A stretch of DNA of 64,000 bases, taken from NCBI GenBank assembly GCA_964016885.1, contig OZ024742.1, forward strand, positions 243,970,001 to 244,034,000, given 5' to 3'. The stretch comes from Eledone cirrhosa. Taxonomy: Eukaryota. Positions 38,649-53,091 of the stretch are shown here, one piece after another. The notes beneath the pieces were generated by a model. It saw only the letters and a list, made by a program, of their open reading frames with translations. It ran no database searches and had not been told where the DNA came from. A program made the translations under genes and the position numbers. Each line of letters starts with the position of its first letter. Position 1 is the stretch's first letter.

Positions 38649-40340
38649 CTTTAATTGTAGTTGGTATTAGGAAGGACATCCAGCTGTAGAAACCAAGCCA
38701 GAAACATTTCTGTATGAGCAAGACACTGACACCTGATCTGACCTGTCTCACAATGAGACAACTCATCTAACCCATGCTATTGTGGAAAATGGACATTAAA
38801 TGATGATGATATTTATATATGTATGTGTATCTGAAACTTCGAAGTTACTGCCACAATATAAAATTTGGAACATTATAGTTTATATATAAATTCCATAGAG
38901 AATCTATGAGATATCGTTTAAAAGATGGTCAACAATCAGGTGAAGCTGGAGTATTATATAAATACTACCCAGGCTTTCATCACACTTAAGTAGTATCTCT
39001 GGTTGATATCCTCTAAGCCACTATATATTCAGGCAGTTATTGAAGCCAAATAAATTCCAACTAAGTATTTGCTGACATTCCATACCCAACTTTCAATTTT
39101 TGACTAACTTAGTTGTAATGAGATTTTAAATGTTCAGATAATGTTCTAATAATCTGAGATATTGGATTTTTAATGATCCCTGCATGGAAAAGGTAACTGT
39201 TTGTTAACTTATATTGACAAAATATTGGGAAAACATTAGTTTAGATTTAGTGAGCCAAACACCTAAGAAATTTTGATGTTCGGACTTGGCAACAAAATTT
39301 TTTTTGTGTAATATTATGTGATGTATGTGTCTGCATGTATATACATGTACGCGCGCGCACACGCACGCACGCATAGTGTACAAATATTTATATATCTTTG
39401 TATATGAAAGTGAATATATTTTTGTATCTGTTCAGAGTTTTAGGGAACAGTTTTGCACCTTCGGAGCTTAAATCTTGCATAGGGACACATCATTGGCTAT
39501 ATGATTTTTCATGTCACTTTATATAAAACCAGGCGAAGCTGGAAACTACTGCTAGTATATATATGAATAATATAATAAATTTATGTTTTGAAACTGCAGT
39601 AAGGGAAATTGATGTGAGTGTAAATATCTTTATTTTAAATTTATTTTGCTCACGTCTCCCTTGTTTTGGAATTCAAAACCTAAGTTTATTAAATTGTATA
39701 TATACTGCCTCTGAATTTGGTTATTTTCACAACTATTCATTGAGCTAGCTGTCTATGGTCGATTTGGACCTTATTATCTTTATTTCTGATTATATATATG
39801 TGTGTATGCGCACGTGTAGGTGTGCGTGTACAAACATGTATGCATGCATGAGTTTGTATATATTAAAAAGAATATGTTGGATCTACCACAATGTTGTTGA
39901 AAATAGTGGTTTTCATGCAGATAAATCAATAAAATAACTCTGAAATTTTCAATTTCTTGTTGGTTGCTGCTGCTGATTTGGCTCATAACTTTTACTTTAC
40001 AATCTACTAGAGTTATACCATTAAATTGTTATCCACATTATTATAAGAGGTGTTGTATACCTTTAACATGTGTGGCAGATTGGCAGAATTGTTAGAACAT
40101 TGAACAAAATGCTTTGCAATATTTAGTTATGGCCCTTTGCATTCTGTGTTGAAGTTGAACCAAGGTCCACTTTGCCTTTCATCATTCCAGGGTTGATAAA
40201 ATAAAGTACAACTTATGTACTGGAGTCAATGTAATCAACTTTTCCTTTCCCACATATTGTTGATTTAGTGCCTAAATTATAAATCATTATATTTTTGTAA
40301 CAGTTTCTGACTGTATAGTGTCATTTTAGATTATTTGAAA

Positions 40341-40483
<143 letters not shown>

Positions 40484-41254
40484 CACACACATTATTTAGT
40501 TAGCAAGAGGAAGGAAGTACCTGTATTTGGGGTTTTTAACATTGACATAAAAGTGGGGTGGAAGTATCTTCAAGCTGGAGGCCTAATCTGAATGCTTGCA
40601 TCTGAGTGAACTCTGCTAAAGGCACCAAATGGCCTAGTGGTGATGTTAAACTGGTCAACAGGTTAAGTCTATCATTGAAGTAAACGACAGTGTGATTTGA
40701 ACTCAGAATGCAACAATCTGGAATTAACACCACAATGACAACAATTTTGCCAATCTACCACTTTATACTGCTATTTTATTTTATTGCTCCCGAAAGGAAA
40801 TTGACCTGAGCAGAAAAAGGTATTATGTTTTTTTACTTGGAAATAAAGGTGTTCAGAACCAGATATGACCTCACAAATGTATCACTGATTTAAATAACAT
40901 AAACCATCTTAACTAGTTCTTTACATATCTCAGCCAACATGAAAAAAGTAAAAGGTTTCTAACATTGTACATTATTTTATGTATCATACATGCATCTTTG
41001 ATGAGTTGTAGTGCATCTGACCACTGTACACAATAATTTTCATTATTGTTATTATAAATAGAAACAAAGATATTATTTTTGTTGGTACCATCACCACCAA
41101 CATTATCCTTTTAATGTTCATCTTATAGTTATTCCTGTGTTATTCTCGCAGTTCTAGCTATGTTAGATAAACCTTAAGTATTTTTTTTCTAACATTCCCT
41201 CTTCTACCTTTGTTTTAACTGTTACAAATGGCTGAATTAATAGATTGCCAGTGA

Positions 41255-42295
41255 ATGGTATTATATCACATCTCTAGTGTTGTCACTCAATGGTATTATA
41301 TCACATCCCTAGTAGTATCACTCAATGGTATTATATCACATCCCTAGTGTTGTCACTCAATGGTATTATATCACATCCCTATTAGTGTCACTCAATGGTA
41401 TTATATCACATCCCTATTAGTGTCACTCAATGGTATTATATCACATCCCTATTAGTGTCACTCAAGGTATTATATCACATCCCTAGTATTGTCACTCAAT
41501 GGTATATTACATCCCTAGTGTTGTCACTCAATGGTATTATATCACATCTCTATTAGTGTCACTCAATGGTATTATATCACATCCCTAGTATTGTCACTCA
41601 ATGGTATTATATCACATCCCTAGTATTATCACTCAATGGTATTATATCACATCCCTAGTATTGTCACTCAATGGTATTATATCACATCCCTAGTGTTGTC
41701 ACTCAATGGTATTATATCACATCCCTAGTATCATCACTCAATGGTATATCACATCCCTAGTATTGTCACTCAATGGTATATCACATCCCTAGTATTGTCA
41801 CTCAATGGTATTATATCACATCCCTAGTAGTGTCACTCAATGGTATATCACATCCCTAGTATTGTCATTCAATGGTATTATATCACATCCCTAGTTTTGT
41901 CACTCAATGGTATATCACATCCCTAGTAGTGTCACTCAATGGTATATCACATCCCTAGTATTGTCATTCAATGGTATTATATCACATCCCTACTGTTGTC
42001 ACTCAATGGTATTATATCACATCCCTAGTGTTGTCACTCAATGGTATATCACATCCCTAGTATTGTCATTCAATGGTATTATATCACATCCCTAGTGTTG
42101 TCACTCAATGGTATTATATCACATCCCTAGTGTTGTCACTCAATGGCATATCACATCCTAGTGTTGTCACTCAATGGTATATCACATCCTTAGTATTGTC
42201 ACTCAATGGTATATCACATCCTAGTGTTGTCACTCAATGGTATATCACATCCTAGTGTTGTCACTCAGTGATATTATATCACATCTCTAGTGTTG
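41255..42295. repeat. Minisatellite, 35-bp unit TGTCACTCAATGGTATTATATCACATCCCTAGTGT with a 32-bp variant, about 30 copies
   Basis: Unit starts at 41281, 41316 and 41351; no unique spacers. Confidence 0.95.
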
Positions 42296-43105
42296 TGTAT
42301 TATAACCAGTAAAGACATTTAACTGACCATTCGTTTGTTTTTTTAATCTGTGAATTGGTATCATTTGTGAGTACACTTAGCTTTAGTGTAACTGACCTGT
42401 TTTGATAGCTTGTAGTATTAGATAGAAATGTATTTAACTTGGAGAACAATAGAATTATGGATGTACTATGTGGAAACTGTTTTCATTGATATGTCAACTC
42501 AAATGTTTACTGGGCATCCATTTTACCACTATTCTAGCTATCTCTCAATCATTTACTATTTTACTCTATTGTTTCTACTGCAGTTTCCCTATTCAATGTG
42601 CCATAGGACTGTTGTTAGAGAGTTACCTTCATTAATAACATGTGTAGATGCTCTGTGGATTCTTACTACTCTGTGTTAACTGTTAAATTGATCATGTGTC
42701 CAAGGTAACAAAGCATATCAGCTGTCTTCTGTTTTATTTTTACAACAAAATCAGTGAACCGGTGATTGTGAGGTTCATGTTTTCAGCTTACTGACTACAT
42801 GAGTTCACAACCATACTACAGATAATATGTTCTGTTCTAGACAACATGCATTGTTGTTTTCCTTTCTCTCTTTACCTAGCTGACAATAGATGCCACTCAT
42901 ACTTTCTACAGTGAAATAACAAGTAGTAGGAAGGACTAACTGCTGAAAAAACATTTGCTCCTACAATATGCAAACTTTTGTTTTAATAATTAAGTTGTAC
43001 TTTTAGTTGTTATTTTAATAAAGTACAATAAAATTTGAAAATGTCTGAACATTTTATTTATCATCATCATTTAGAAACAATCATCCTTTATGAAAAGTAA
43101 AGAAT

Positions 43106-43333
43106 TTAACCCTTTAGCATTTACATTACTCTATATCTACTATTGTATTTTTGCAGTGAAGGCTTTATCTTACATAATATCTCACATAATATTGAATCTA
43201 TGAGATTTTGATATTATTTATTTTGAGAACAATACCTTAACATCAGTATGTGTGGCTAGGTACATCCAGTTTGAACAGAAAGAAGTGAGAGAATTCTAGT
43301 CGGTTACAATCGGTTTAAATGCTAAAGGGTTAA
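43106..43333 (+). mobile_element. piggyBac-type MITE family A
   Basis: TTAA|CCCTTTAGCATTTA...TAAATGCTAAAGGG|TTAA. Confidence 0.9.
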
Positions 43334-46133
43334 ACATTGCACACCCAATAGCTTAACAGCAAATTCCAAATATGTGGAATCTGATATAATTAAAATATTC
43401 TATTATTATGTCTCAGATATCTGTTTTCCCAATGATAAAAAATCATGCATATCATTCTTCTATCATATTTAATTAAGAGACCAATTCACTTATTACATCA
43501 GTTTCCTAAGAGAATAGTCCAGGGTGTTAGTATGTATTTCTGTATGTGTGAGGTTTTATACATTAGCTGTAAGAACATTCAGGTATTGGTTTTAATTTAA
43601 AGCTTCTGTAAAACACAACAAATTGCTCACTGTTTATGACAAATAGTTTTCTTTGTTCCGTTAGTCAGGCTCTGACAAGCAAACACATTTGAATAAATAT
43701 TTTACCCTGGTTGTTCATACCTACATGATAAGCATTTACGTCTTAGGTCATAGAATAATTCCTGTGATTTGATTTAACTATAGTTAAAATATGTGATATA
43801 TGACATTGACCAACACATATGCACACCATAATTTCCCCATGTATATATATACACACAGTATTACTGATATAATGAGTTTCCAACTAGAATCAACAGCTTT
43901 ACATCTATTTCACGTTGTCAACATCTTTCGATATTTAAGATAAAATTTCTGGCTGGAGGAGCTCAGAAAAACAGATGCTTTTTCCATATAACCTCATTGA
44001 CATTTATTTTCCTTTGATAATATAAAAATTGCAGAGTTACACATCAAACCATGCTCTGTACAGAAACAAAACAAAATAGAAGGTTAACTCCAGTGGAAAT
44101 TATTTATAAAGCTTAAAATAAATTCTTTTTGCTTTCTTATTCACAAGGCCAACAGTTTTGGGGACAGGAAATTCAATTAAATCGACCCCAGTGTGTTACT
44201 GGTACTTATTTTATCAACTTTGTAAGGATGAAAGGCAAAGCTAACCTAAGCAGGATTTGAACTCAAAACGTAAAGGGATGTAACTCTATGCTGTTGTCCA
44301 ACGCTCTATCGATAATGCCCCAATCCTTTCATATTAAAAATAATAAACCGGAATATGTATTGTTAATAATAATGCACGATAGATTTTACATAGATTTGAC
44401 CACCTCCAATTTATAAAGGTTTATGAACTGAAAAGTTACACTGTTAATGTCTTTCTCAAAGGTCGTAGTGATGAAAATGGAGCTAGTGTTTGTGGAAGTG
44501 GAGCTCCATTGACTTACTTAGTGCCAGTTTCAATATTGTAATAAATTTGATATCACTTTTACGTAGCTTTGTTGTAATGTATATATTGATTTCGACTAAG
44601 TAAATATTTCCATTGGTCAACGTGGTCTACATCTTTCATATCCTGGCAGAATATATTTTTTTCTCTTACAGCCTTAGCTATAAAAACACATGGGAAATTA
44701 ATGGGATTTCTTTGCTAGGAAAGAATAGATAGGTATATCCAAAGGAACAGTCTTTGAGGATGAAAATAATTGTTTCTGAGATTGGCCCAAAGCCAGAAAT
44801 TTGGGGCTAGGGTTAGTTGATTAAATTGACTTCAGTATGAATAGATGAAAGACAAAGTTGAACTCAATATGTAAAGAACCTGAAGATGATATTTTTTTGC
44901 TGGTTTCAATCTGTGGCTATGCTATGACATCAGCTTGAAAGGATTTAGTACTTATTTTTGAAGTCTGTACTTATTATTGACCTCTTCTTGAGAACTGATA
45001 AGTTAGAATGTAAATAGATATTAAACATAAATTGTGCACAATACATATACACATATGATGATGATGATGATGGCTCTCCCATTCAGTTTCTGCTTACCAA
45101 ATTTCATTCAAGGCTATAGAGGAAGATATGTCTAAGGTACCAGTGGGACTGGATCTGAAGCCATGTGGTTGCAAAGTGAACTACTTAATCACAGGGCCAT
45201 GACTGCACCAATGCTGATGGTGACGACGATAACAACAGAATAATTTCTTACATTATTACAAAGCCAGAAAATTTAGTAATGGGGTTATACTATTATATTG
45301 ATCCCCAGTACTTGACTGGTATTTTATTTTATGAAGGTGGTTTGGAGTCATTAGAACATTGAATAGAATGCTTCGTTGAATTTGTCCCCCCACCCCCTCC
45401 ACCCAGTTAATTTCCCACCAAAGTCAACTTTACTTTTCACCCCCAGTCCTCTTTCTCTCAATAGCTGTGTTCAAGTCTGGAGAGAGATGGGCCCCACCAG
45501 GTTTTATGTCACTACATCACACAATTCAATCAAGATTTAAAGGCCCATAACGTCACTATATTTTTATCAACAACATAAAAAATAAAAGTTTGTGCTGAGT
45601 CATGACTACTTATTTTTCACATTGCATAATTAATTAGGATTTAATTTAGAAAAATATTATGACACATTAAAAATATTTATATATTATTGTTAGTAAATAT
45701 TATTAATATTATACCTCTAAATATGTTATTGATAATATCATAGATTAATCTCCCCACGAATACTGATCTTAACAATTCTGTCATGATTTAAGGTTGTAGC
45801 TATTTGATTTCCCCTAAATTACCGATGCATTGGAAAAAGTATATACATCACAGCTGTATTTATCTTCCTTTCCTTTCCCTTCTCTATACATCTGAGCTGC
45901 CGTGCCTCTCTTTAAAAAACCAAACCAAAACAAAACAAAAATAAAAAATCATCAATTCATAAATGAGCTTTTAATGAATTAAACATTTGAGTTACTTCCC
46001 TTGTTCCAATAGATTTTTCAAAATAGATCAATTGCATAATTATCTCTATTTGTTGTGAGAAATATAATACGGTCGAGATTTTACACACACACCTCTCTCT
46101 CTCTATAAATATATATTTATATATATATATATG

Positions 46134-46226
46134 CAGGACGTCCCCCAAAAATGTATACACACTTTGATTACATGTACAGGCAATATTTATTAGAATGCTG
46201 TTGAAGTATGAATACATTTTTTGGGA

Positions 46227-46231
<5 letters not shown>
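46134..46231. mobile_element. About 100-bp Tc1/mariner-type MITE in (TA)n context
   Basis: Inverted ends gtcccccaaaaatgtatacacacttt / aagtatgaatacattttttgggacac, flanked by TA runs. Confidence 0.65.
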
Positions 46232-46267
<36 letters not shown>

Positions 46268-46708
46268 AAGCTTCATAAATTTATATAGTTATATTTTATG
46301 AAGTATAAGTTAAATATATATTTCAGCCAACAAATATATGTATGAAAACTCAAACCATCTATTTTTTTAATTTTCTCTTTTCAATTTCATATGATATTTT
46401 CAATTTCGTAGTTTTATTTAATTATTTATTTATTTTATTAGAACCCATTAGTAACGATTATTTGTTTTAGTGTTTTCTGCATCAATTAAAAACATTTATA
46501 TAAATCTAAAACAAACAAATTGATATTACGCACGCACGCACGCACGTACGCACGCACGCACGTACGCACGCATTGCCTTCTACTGAAGATGTTTTAGTAG
46601 CTTTATTATTATAATCTGCACTAGTTTAAATTATCTTTTTGAATTGAAAGCAAAGCACCTTCGATTGTAAAATAATTTAAATGCACACACACTTGTATGT
46701 ATACACAG

Positions 46709-46763
<55 letters not shown>

Positions 46764-47436
46764 TGTGTGTGTATACATGCAAGTGAGGCGTTTTGTTACT
46801 CTGGAGTTTCACCTGTGTACTCATAGGATCAATGCATTATATACATACACGCACATGAACATGCACACATTTTTTAAATGCATATGTGCGTGTGTGTATA
46901 ACACTCGAGGTGGTAGTGGTGGTAGTAATGGTAGTGGTAACAGCTGCAGTAGTAGTAACAGTGATAACAACTGCAGTAGTAGTAGCAATGGTAACAGCAG
47001 CCGCAGTTGACTGTTGACGCTTCTGATGATGAATGTTCCAATTGTTTGATCAGCAGACCAGCCTGTTAATAAAATTAACTTGATACATGTACATTTAACA
47101 TAATTCTCAGGGAGATTCAGCATGACACAGTGTGTAACATAGTGGTCCCTTTAAATTATTGGAGCAGCATGAAATAAAGTGTCTTGCTCAAGAACACAAC
47201 ATAATGCTGGTGATTGGACTCAAGCTCATGAGCCAAAGACCCTTACCACTAAGCTACATGCCTTTGCATGCGCGCGCGCGTGCGTGTGTATAAATATATA
47301 ATATATTTAATATTTCAAACGCTTAACATGTATGCGCAACCATAGTTTTCGGGGCCCAGTTATGGCCACCACTGTAGTAGAGGAGCTGTTTCAAAACTGA
47401 CCTCTCATCATGTTCCAGGACATCTACAGATATCCT

Positions 47437-48040
47437 GCATACATACATACATACATACATACATACATACATACATACATACATACATACATACATACAT
47501 ACATACATACATACATACATACATACATACATACATACATACATACATACATACATACATACATACATACATACATACATACATACATACATACATACAT
47601 ACATACATACATACATACATACATACATACATACATACATACATACATACATACATACATACATACATACATACATACATACATACATACATACATACAT
47701 ACATACATACATACATACATACATACATACATACATACATACATACATACATACATACATACATACATACATACATACATACATACATACATACATACAT
47801 ACATACATACATACATACATACATACATACATACATACATACATACATACATACATACATACATACATACATACATACATACATACATACATACATACAT
47901 ACATACATACATACATACATACATACATACATACATACATACATACATACATACATACATACATACATACATACATACATACATACATACATACATACAT
48001 ACATACATACATACATACATACATACATACATACATACAT
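47437..48040. repeat. (CATA)n microsatellite, about 150 units
   Basis: Perfect tetranucleotide run. Confidence 0.99.
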
Positions 48041-48200
48041 GGTGGTGGCTGCCAACTCGTTTTCGAGTACGGCCACTACTTTATATCCACGTAGAACTCC
48101 TAACGATGCGCTGAACGAATGTGACTTTAGTCCAGCCAGCGACTTGAAAACTCTGGTACAAACACTACACTTGTGACAATTATTGACACATAGTGCTAGG
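47437..48200 (-). mobile_element. LINE (probably RTE) 3' end with C2H2-like finger and an expanded (ATGT)n tail
   Basis: Minus strand reads HKCSVCTRVFKSLAGLKSH, then a short 3'UTR running directly into about 600 bp of (ATGT)n. Confidence 0.7.
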
Positions 48201-48636
48201 CCCATGGTACCATGTGACGACAAGTGCAGAGAGATCTCCAGATATAAAGCAATGCCTGTGCCGTGAAGCTTTTATAGTGAGCAAAGGCACTGCACAAAGC
48301 CAGTCCCACTCTCTTAACCAAGATGATATTTACCAAAAAGAACAAGTCAACATCATTGGATACCATCATACATACATACATACATACATACATACATACA
48401 TACAAATTAATGTGTGTGGGTGTATCCACCAGTTAACCCCATGTATCTTCATATTAACAATATTTAAAGTTGCCATCAACATTTGTTTATGTCCATCGTA
48501 AATAATACATAACAAACTGTAATTACATTGCAAAAGTGTGTGTGTGTGTGTGTGTGTGTATCATCCTGGGGTTCTGTAACCAGGCACTGGAGAAAGGAGT
48601 TGCCCCGAATCAGTCTAAGATCAGTAACATTGTCCC

Positions 48637-49748
48637 AGGTCATGGTTTTCATTGACTTTAGGAAGGCCTTTGATTCTGTGGACCGCCACTGCCTGATGAA
48701 GATCTTACAGGCTTATGGAATCCCCAAGAGGATAGTGGACTTGATATCACTGCTCTACACCAACACCAAAGCCCAAGTCGTTACACCTGATGGATGACAG
48801 AGTTCTTTGAGATACTGGCTGGAGTGCTCCAGGGAGATACATTGGCTCCCTACCTTTTTATCATCGTAGTGGACTATTGTATGCGCCTTGCACTGGAGAA
48901 ACACCAGGACTCTGGCTTTACTGTAGCACCGGCCCAGAGCAGGAGAGTTAAGGTGAAAAAGATATCAGATGCCGAATTTGCCGACGACATAGATTTGGTG
49001 ACAAATATAGTGAAGGAGGCAGAGGATTTGATGCGGGAGGTTGAGACTGTGTCGATGAGTGTGGGGCTGAAAATGAATGAGACTAAAACAAAATATCTGG
49101 TAGAGAATGTTGAGAAGCCAGAGGGGATCACTAATGTAGGCGGGAAGCCACTAGAATTAGTTGAGGACTTCCTGTATTTGGGAGCAAAGATTGGGAATAC
49201 GGAAGATGATGTGGTTGAGAGGAAGAGCAAAGCCTGGGTGGCGTGCCACAGCTTGAGATCGGTGTGGAAGTCGGACCTTCGTAAAGACCTGAAAATCCGC
49301 CTCTTCATTGTTGTAGTGGAGTCTGTGCTGCTGTACGGGTCTGAGACTTGGACACTGACCAAGAAACTGACTCAGATGCTACACGAGAATGCTGAGGATG
49401 GCTCTGAACATTAATCAGTATACACTGAGGATGAAAAACTCAGAGCTGTATGGGAGCCTCCCAAAATTCAGCTTAAAAGTGACACAGGGGAGACTGAGGT
49501 TAGCTGGACATGCTCACCGACATCCAGAGTTGACATTGCACTCAGTGCTCCTGTGGGAGCCCCTACATGGACACACTGGAAGAGAAAGACCCTAAGGACA
49601 GGCACTGGTCTGTTGGAGACGCAGGACATGGACGCAGGACATGGCAGTGATAATGAGGGACAGAGACCGCTGGAGAGAACTCATCCATGGATCTTGGGAA
49701 TTTTACCTGCCGTAGAGAATATATATATATATATATATATGATGATGA
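48637..49748 (+). mobile_element. 5'-truncated RTE LINE (RT to 3' end), no PHD insert
   Basis: FIDFRKAFDSV, GVLQGDTLAPYLFIIVVD, FADDI, GLKMNETKTKYL, FLYLG, LLYGSETWTLT, RLRLAGHAHRH; ends in gatgatgat. Confidence 0.92.
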
Positions 49749-51529
49749 TATTCAAACACCAAAGTCATCCAGTCTCCAAGTAAAGAGAAAAAACAAATGT
49801 AAATACATAATTAGTACAACTGGTTAGCACTATAGTTCAAAACTTCACAATTATCTCTATAGAACTGTCTAAATAACAATTATATTTGATATATATATAC
49901 ATTTACATACATCAAATAACAATTTAGTTTTCTCAAGGATTCTTATCTCTATTCTCAGTAGTTCTGCAAGAGTTTCAATTTGTCTTCTTCTGTTATGTAG
50001 CTTGTTAAGTGATATATAACTAAAAACTCGTTGGGTATATAAAGTCCTGTCTTTGACTTCCAATCCCAATACTTATTGTAATTTTATATCTAAGTAGCAA
50101 TGGCTATAGACCAGTAGTTTTCAAACTGTAGGCCTTGGGACGCTAGTATGTCACAAGATGTAATTAGGTGCCCCAGGAAAGAGCAAGATTCTATTTCAAA
50201 ATGTGAAAAACACAAATTGAAATTCTTAATAAAGTTCATATATAACTGTCAAAGTGAGAAACAACTAAATTAAGGATGAAAACATTGCCAAAAAAACACT
50301 GAGTGCAGTTTTTATTATTATTTTTTTTTTCATTGATAACATTGTTCAATTTATTGTCTAAAGAAAGAAATGCAAATAATGAAACAACAGAAGTGTGTGG
50401 TTGATGAGTGAGGTTATTGTTAATATGTAACTTAAAGAGTTGGACGTGAGTGTCTCTTGTGAACACATTGGAAATAAGATAGTCCTATGAGAATCCTTCT
50501 TTGGAATGAATAGCTGCTGTAATGATTGATTTGTGCTCTAGGGATTGAGGTCTATTATAGGCATTTAGAAGTGAATATAATTGGTAAGTCTAAGTGGTAG
50601 AAGAGTAAATCCCATACAGATAGTATAAGAGAAAAGAGAAATAAGACTCCATATGACATTTGGATTTTTCAACAGGGAACTTTCTTCTGTATGTAATCTC
50701 ATATGTAAATTAAGATATGCACCATCTCAGTAAAAAAGCAACACTTTTCAATTAATCAAATTTGAGTTCTGTAGAGAGAGAATTGAAACATGTGGCAAAT
50801 AAAGAAATCATTATTTAAAGAGGATTGCGGATTGGCAGTATGAGTAGATGCTTTGCAGCATATAGTTACATCCCTTTATGTTCTGAATTCAAATCCTACC
50901 AAGGTTAGCTTTGCCTTTTATCCTTACGAAGTTGATAAAATAAAATACCAGTAAAGCACAAGGGTCGATTTAATCAACTTTCCCCTACCCCAAATTGTTG
51001 GCCTTGTGCCTAAACCATTATTTAAATGGAAGAATATATAGTCTCTTTGATACCATTGTCTTTGTTGAGAATTATAAGGTTCTCAGGGGAAATTTCTGAA
51101 GATGTGTTATGAAAGAGAATAATTTAGTATTTTGGTATTGTTATTTGTTGTACTTGAAAGCATGAAACATTATTTGTAAGTCACTGAAGCTGCTACTATA
51201 TTTTATTTTATTTTTCAACATGTTTCAGTCGTCAGTACAAAGGAGAAACTCTAAAGTACTGACACTCAAGCTTGGCCTTAATAAAGCATGTATCAATCTC
51301 TACTATGGTATTGGGGTCTCATTCTCATGACCATCAACACTAAATGTGTGTGTGATATCAAAGTAAGAGTAAACCTCTTTACTTGGAATTTGTGGATAAG
51401 GAGAGAGTGTTTAACAATATTCTCCTGGTATCTAGTGGGCACTAAGGCAACAGCTAGGTATGGGCATGTGACTTGTGAGGGCTGTGCAGACCATGTGGGG
51501 AGGTGAAACCAGCAAGGTGAGCATAGTGA

Positions 51530-52190
51530 TGAATTTAAAGTCCTCAGGCCATTTCTGTTTATTGTTGTTCTTCTGGCTATGACAAAGAAGTTTTGGTCTG
51601 GTACTCCAAAGGAGCCCCTGTGTTCTGATGGGCTGGTCCTTATAGCTGACTATGTGGAAAAGTTATAGGAAAAAATTCCAGACATGGAATCTGGAATGGG
51701 GTGGGTGGGCTAAAAGTAAACATGGCGAAAACTAAGGTTTTGATTAATGAGAAGGAAGTCAGGAGCCTGATACTATCAGAGAAGTGACCTTGTTCTCCAT
51801 GTCAGTGATGAGCGGTCAGAAGTTCCATAAGTTGCATACAGTGGATTCACAAGAGATGTAGTGAGATGACAAGCAAGTTGACAGAGAAGATAGCCTTTGT
51901 ATGTGGCAAATAAGTGTGTGTGAAATAAATTTCCCCAGTTGCTTGGGCGACTCCCTAGTAGTTGTTGATAGATTTTCTTGCTTTGATGATCTAGTTTGCA
52001 ATACTAGGTGGATGGCTCTGAAAGTCTGATAGCTGGCATGAGAATGGGCTGGAGAAAGTTTAGAGAGCTAGTACCTTTAGGAGTGTGTGGTGGGTTGTAT
52101 GATGCTTTCATGTCAGCAACAATGTAGAGGATGCGGGAACGCTGGAGAGAGGTGGGGTGAGTATGCTCTTCAGTCAAATCATAGACATGG
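51530..52190 (+). mobile_element. Highly degenerate RTE RT/PHD fragment
   Basis: Remnants of LFIVVL, GLKVNMAKTKVL, a Cys/His cluster (CIQWIHKRCS), VVVDRFSCF and MGWRKFRELVPL. Confidence 0.7.
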
Positions 52191-52353
52191 CAACCTTCTT
52201 AGTGCTGTGCCTATTATAAAATGAACGGTGGATTCTGTAGATTGTGAAGGACATAAATAAGTGAGACACTTCTGAGAGATTAGTGGCTCTTAATAAATAC
52301 TGACTGATGACCTGTTCAGCCCTGGCTAGCAGGGAAAATGGGCATTAAATAAT

Positions 52354-52537
52354 TGTTTCTATTTTTTGGCATAGGGCCTGCATTTATCCCAGTGCATAAC
52401 TGGTACTTTATTTTATCGACGCCGTAAGGATGAAAGACAAAGTTAACCTCGGCAAGATTTGAACTCCGGCTGTAAAGGGCAGTAACTCTATGATGCAAAG
52501 CATGGCGTCCGACCCTCTACCGATACTGCCAATCCAC
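52354..52537 (-). mobile_element. tRNA-derived SINE with 14-bp TSD
   Basis: Same family as 34030; GGGCATTAAATAAT at 52340-52353 and 52538-52551. Confidence 0.9.
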
Positions 52538-52800
52538 GGGCATTAAATAATAATAATAATGATGATAATATATATATATATATATATATATATCTACCTC
52601 CACACTCCTATTTCGTATCAAGTCCAAATAGCCAATCTATTGCTAAAACAATCTACATTTTTTGTTATCATTAATTGTTAGATACGAGAGTTTTTGTCGT
52701 ATTGAACAGAACAAATTTTGTATTTTTGTTAATCGCTTGTTAAATGCAAGGACCTCATTCAATCATTACCTTCTATCTAGCTACCCAACACCCCTCCCTC

Positions 52801-52900
52801 CCGCCCCCACGCACCACCATTGCTATTACGTGGACCAATCATAAGCCAGAGCCCCACGCATCACCAGTATTATTATTACGCGGACCAATCATAAGCCAGA
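52801..52900 (+). promoter_or_regulatory. Candidate internal promoter of the RTE: tandem 50-bp duplication, each unit with a CCAAT box, preceded by a GC-box-like CCGCCC
   Basis: gcccccacgca...tattacgYggaCCAATcataagccaga occurs at 52803-52850 and 52851-52900. Confidence 0.4.
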
Positions 52901-53091
52901 GGCCTATACTATCGCTTGCCTGGTTGCCTTTCGATATATGATGGATGGATGGACTGCGGAATCCTGGAGAGTGGAGGAGAGAGAGAAAAATCTGGACGCT
53001 CAGCGACAATGCCAAAGATAAAGATAAAGACAAATTCACCTCGTGGACGAGAATGCGAGCACTCCTCATTGTTTCGACCGCGGATGGCTAA

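Noticed and set aside
41255-42295. 35-bp repeats resembling a CRISPR array
   Set aside because: Units are contiguous with no unique spacers, there are no cas genes, and the context is eukaryotic; it is a minisatellite.
46907-47010. Gly/Ser/Asn-rich frame that could be a low-complexity ZMIZ1 exon
   Set aside because: Degenerate (AGT/GGT/AAC) repeat with no convincing splice sites or homology.
47323-48223. ORFs of 200-270 aa (MYVC/YIHT repeats)
   Set aside because: Translations of the (CATA)n microsatellite.
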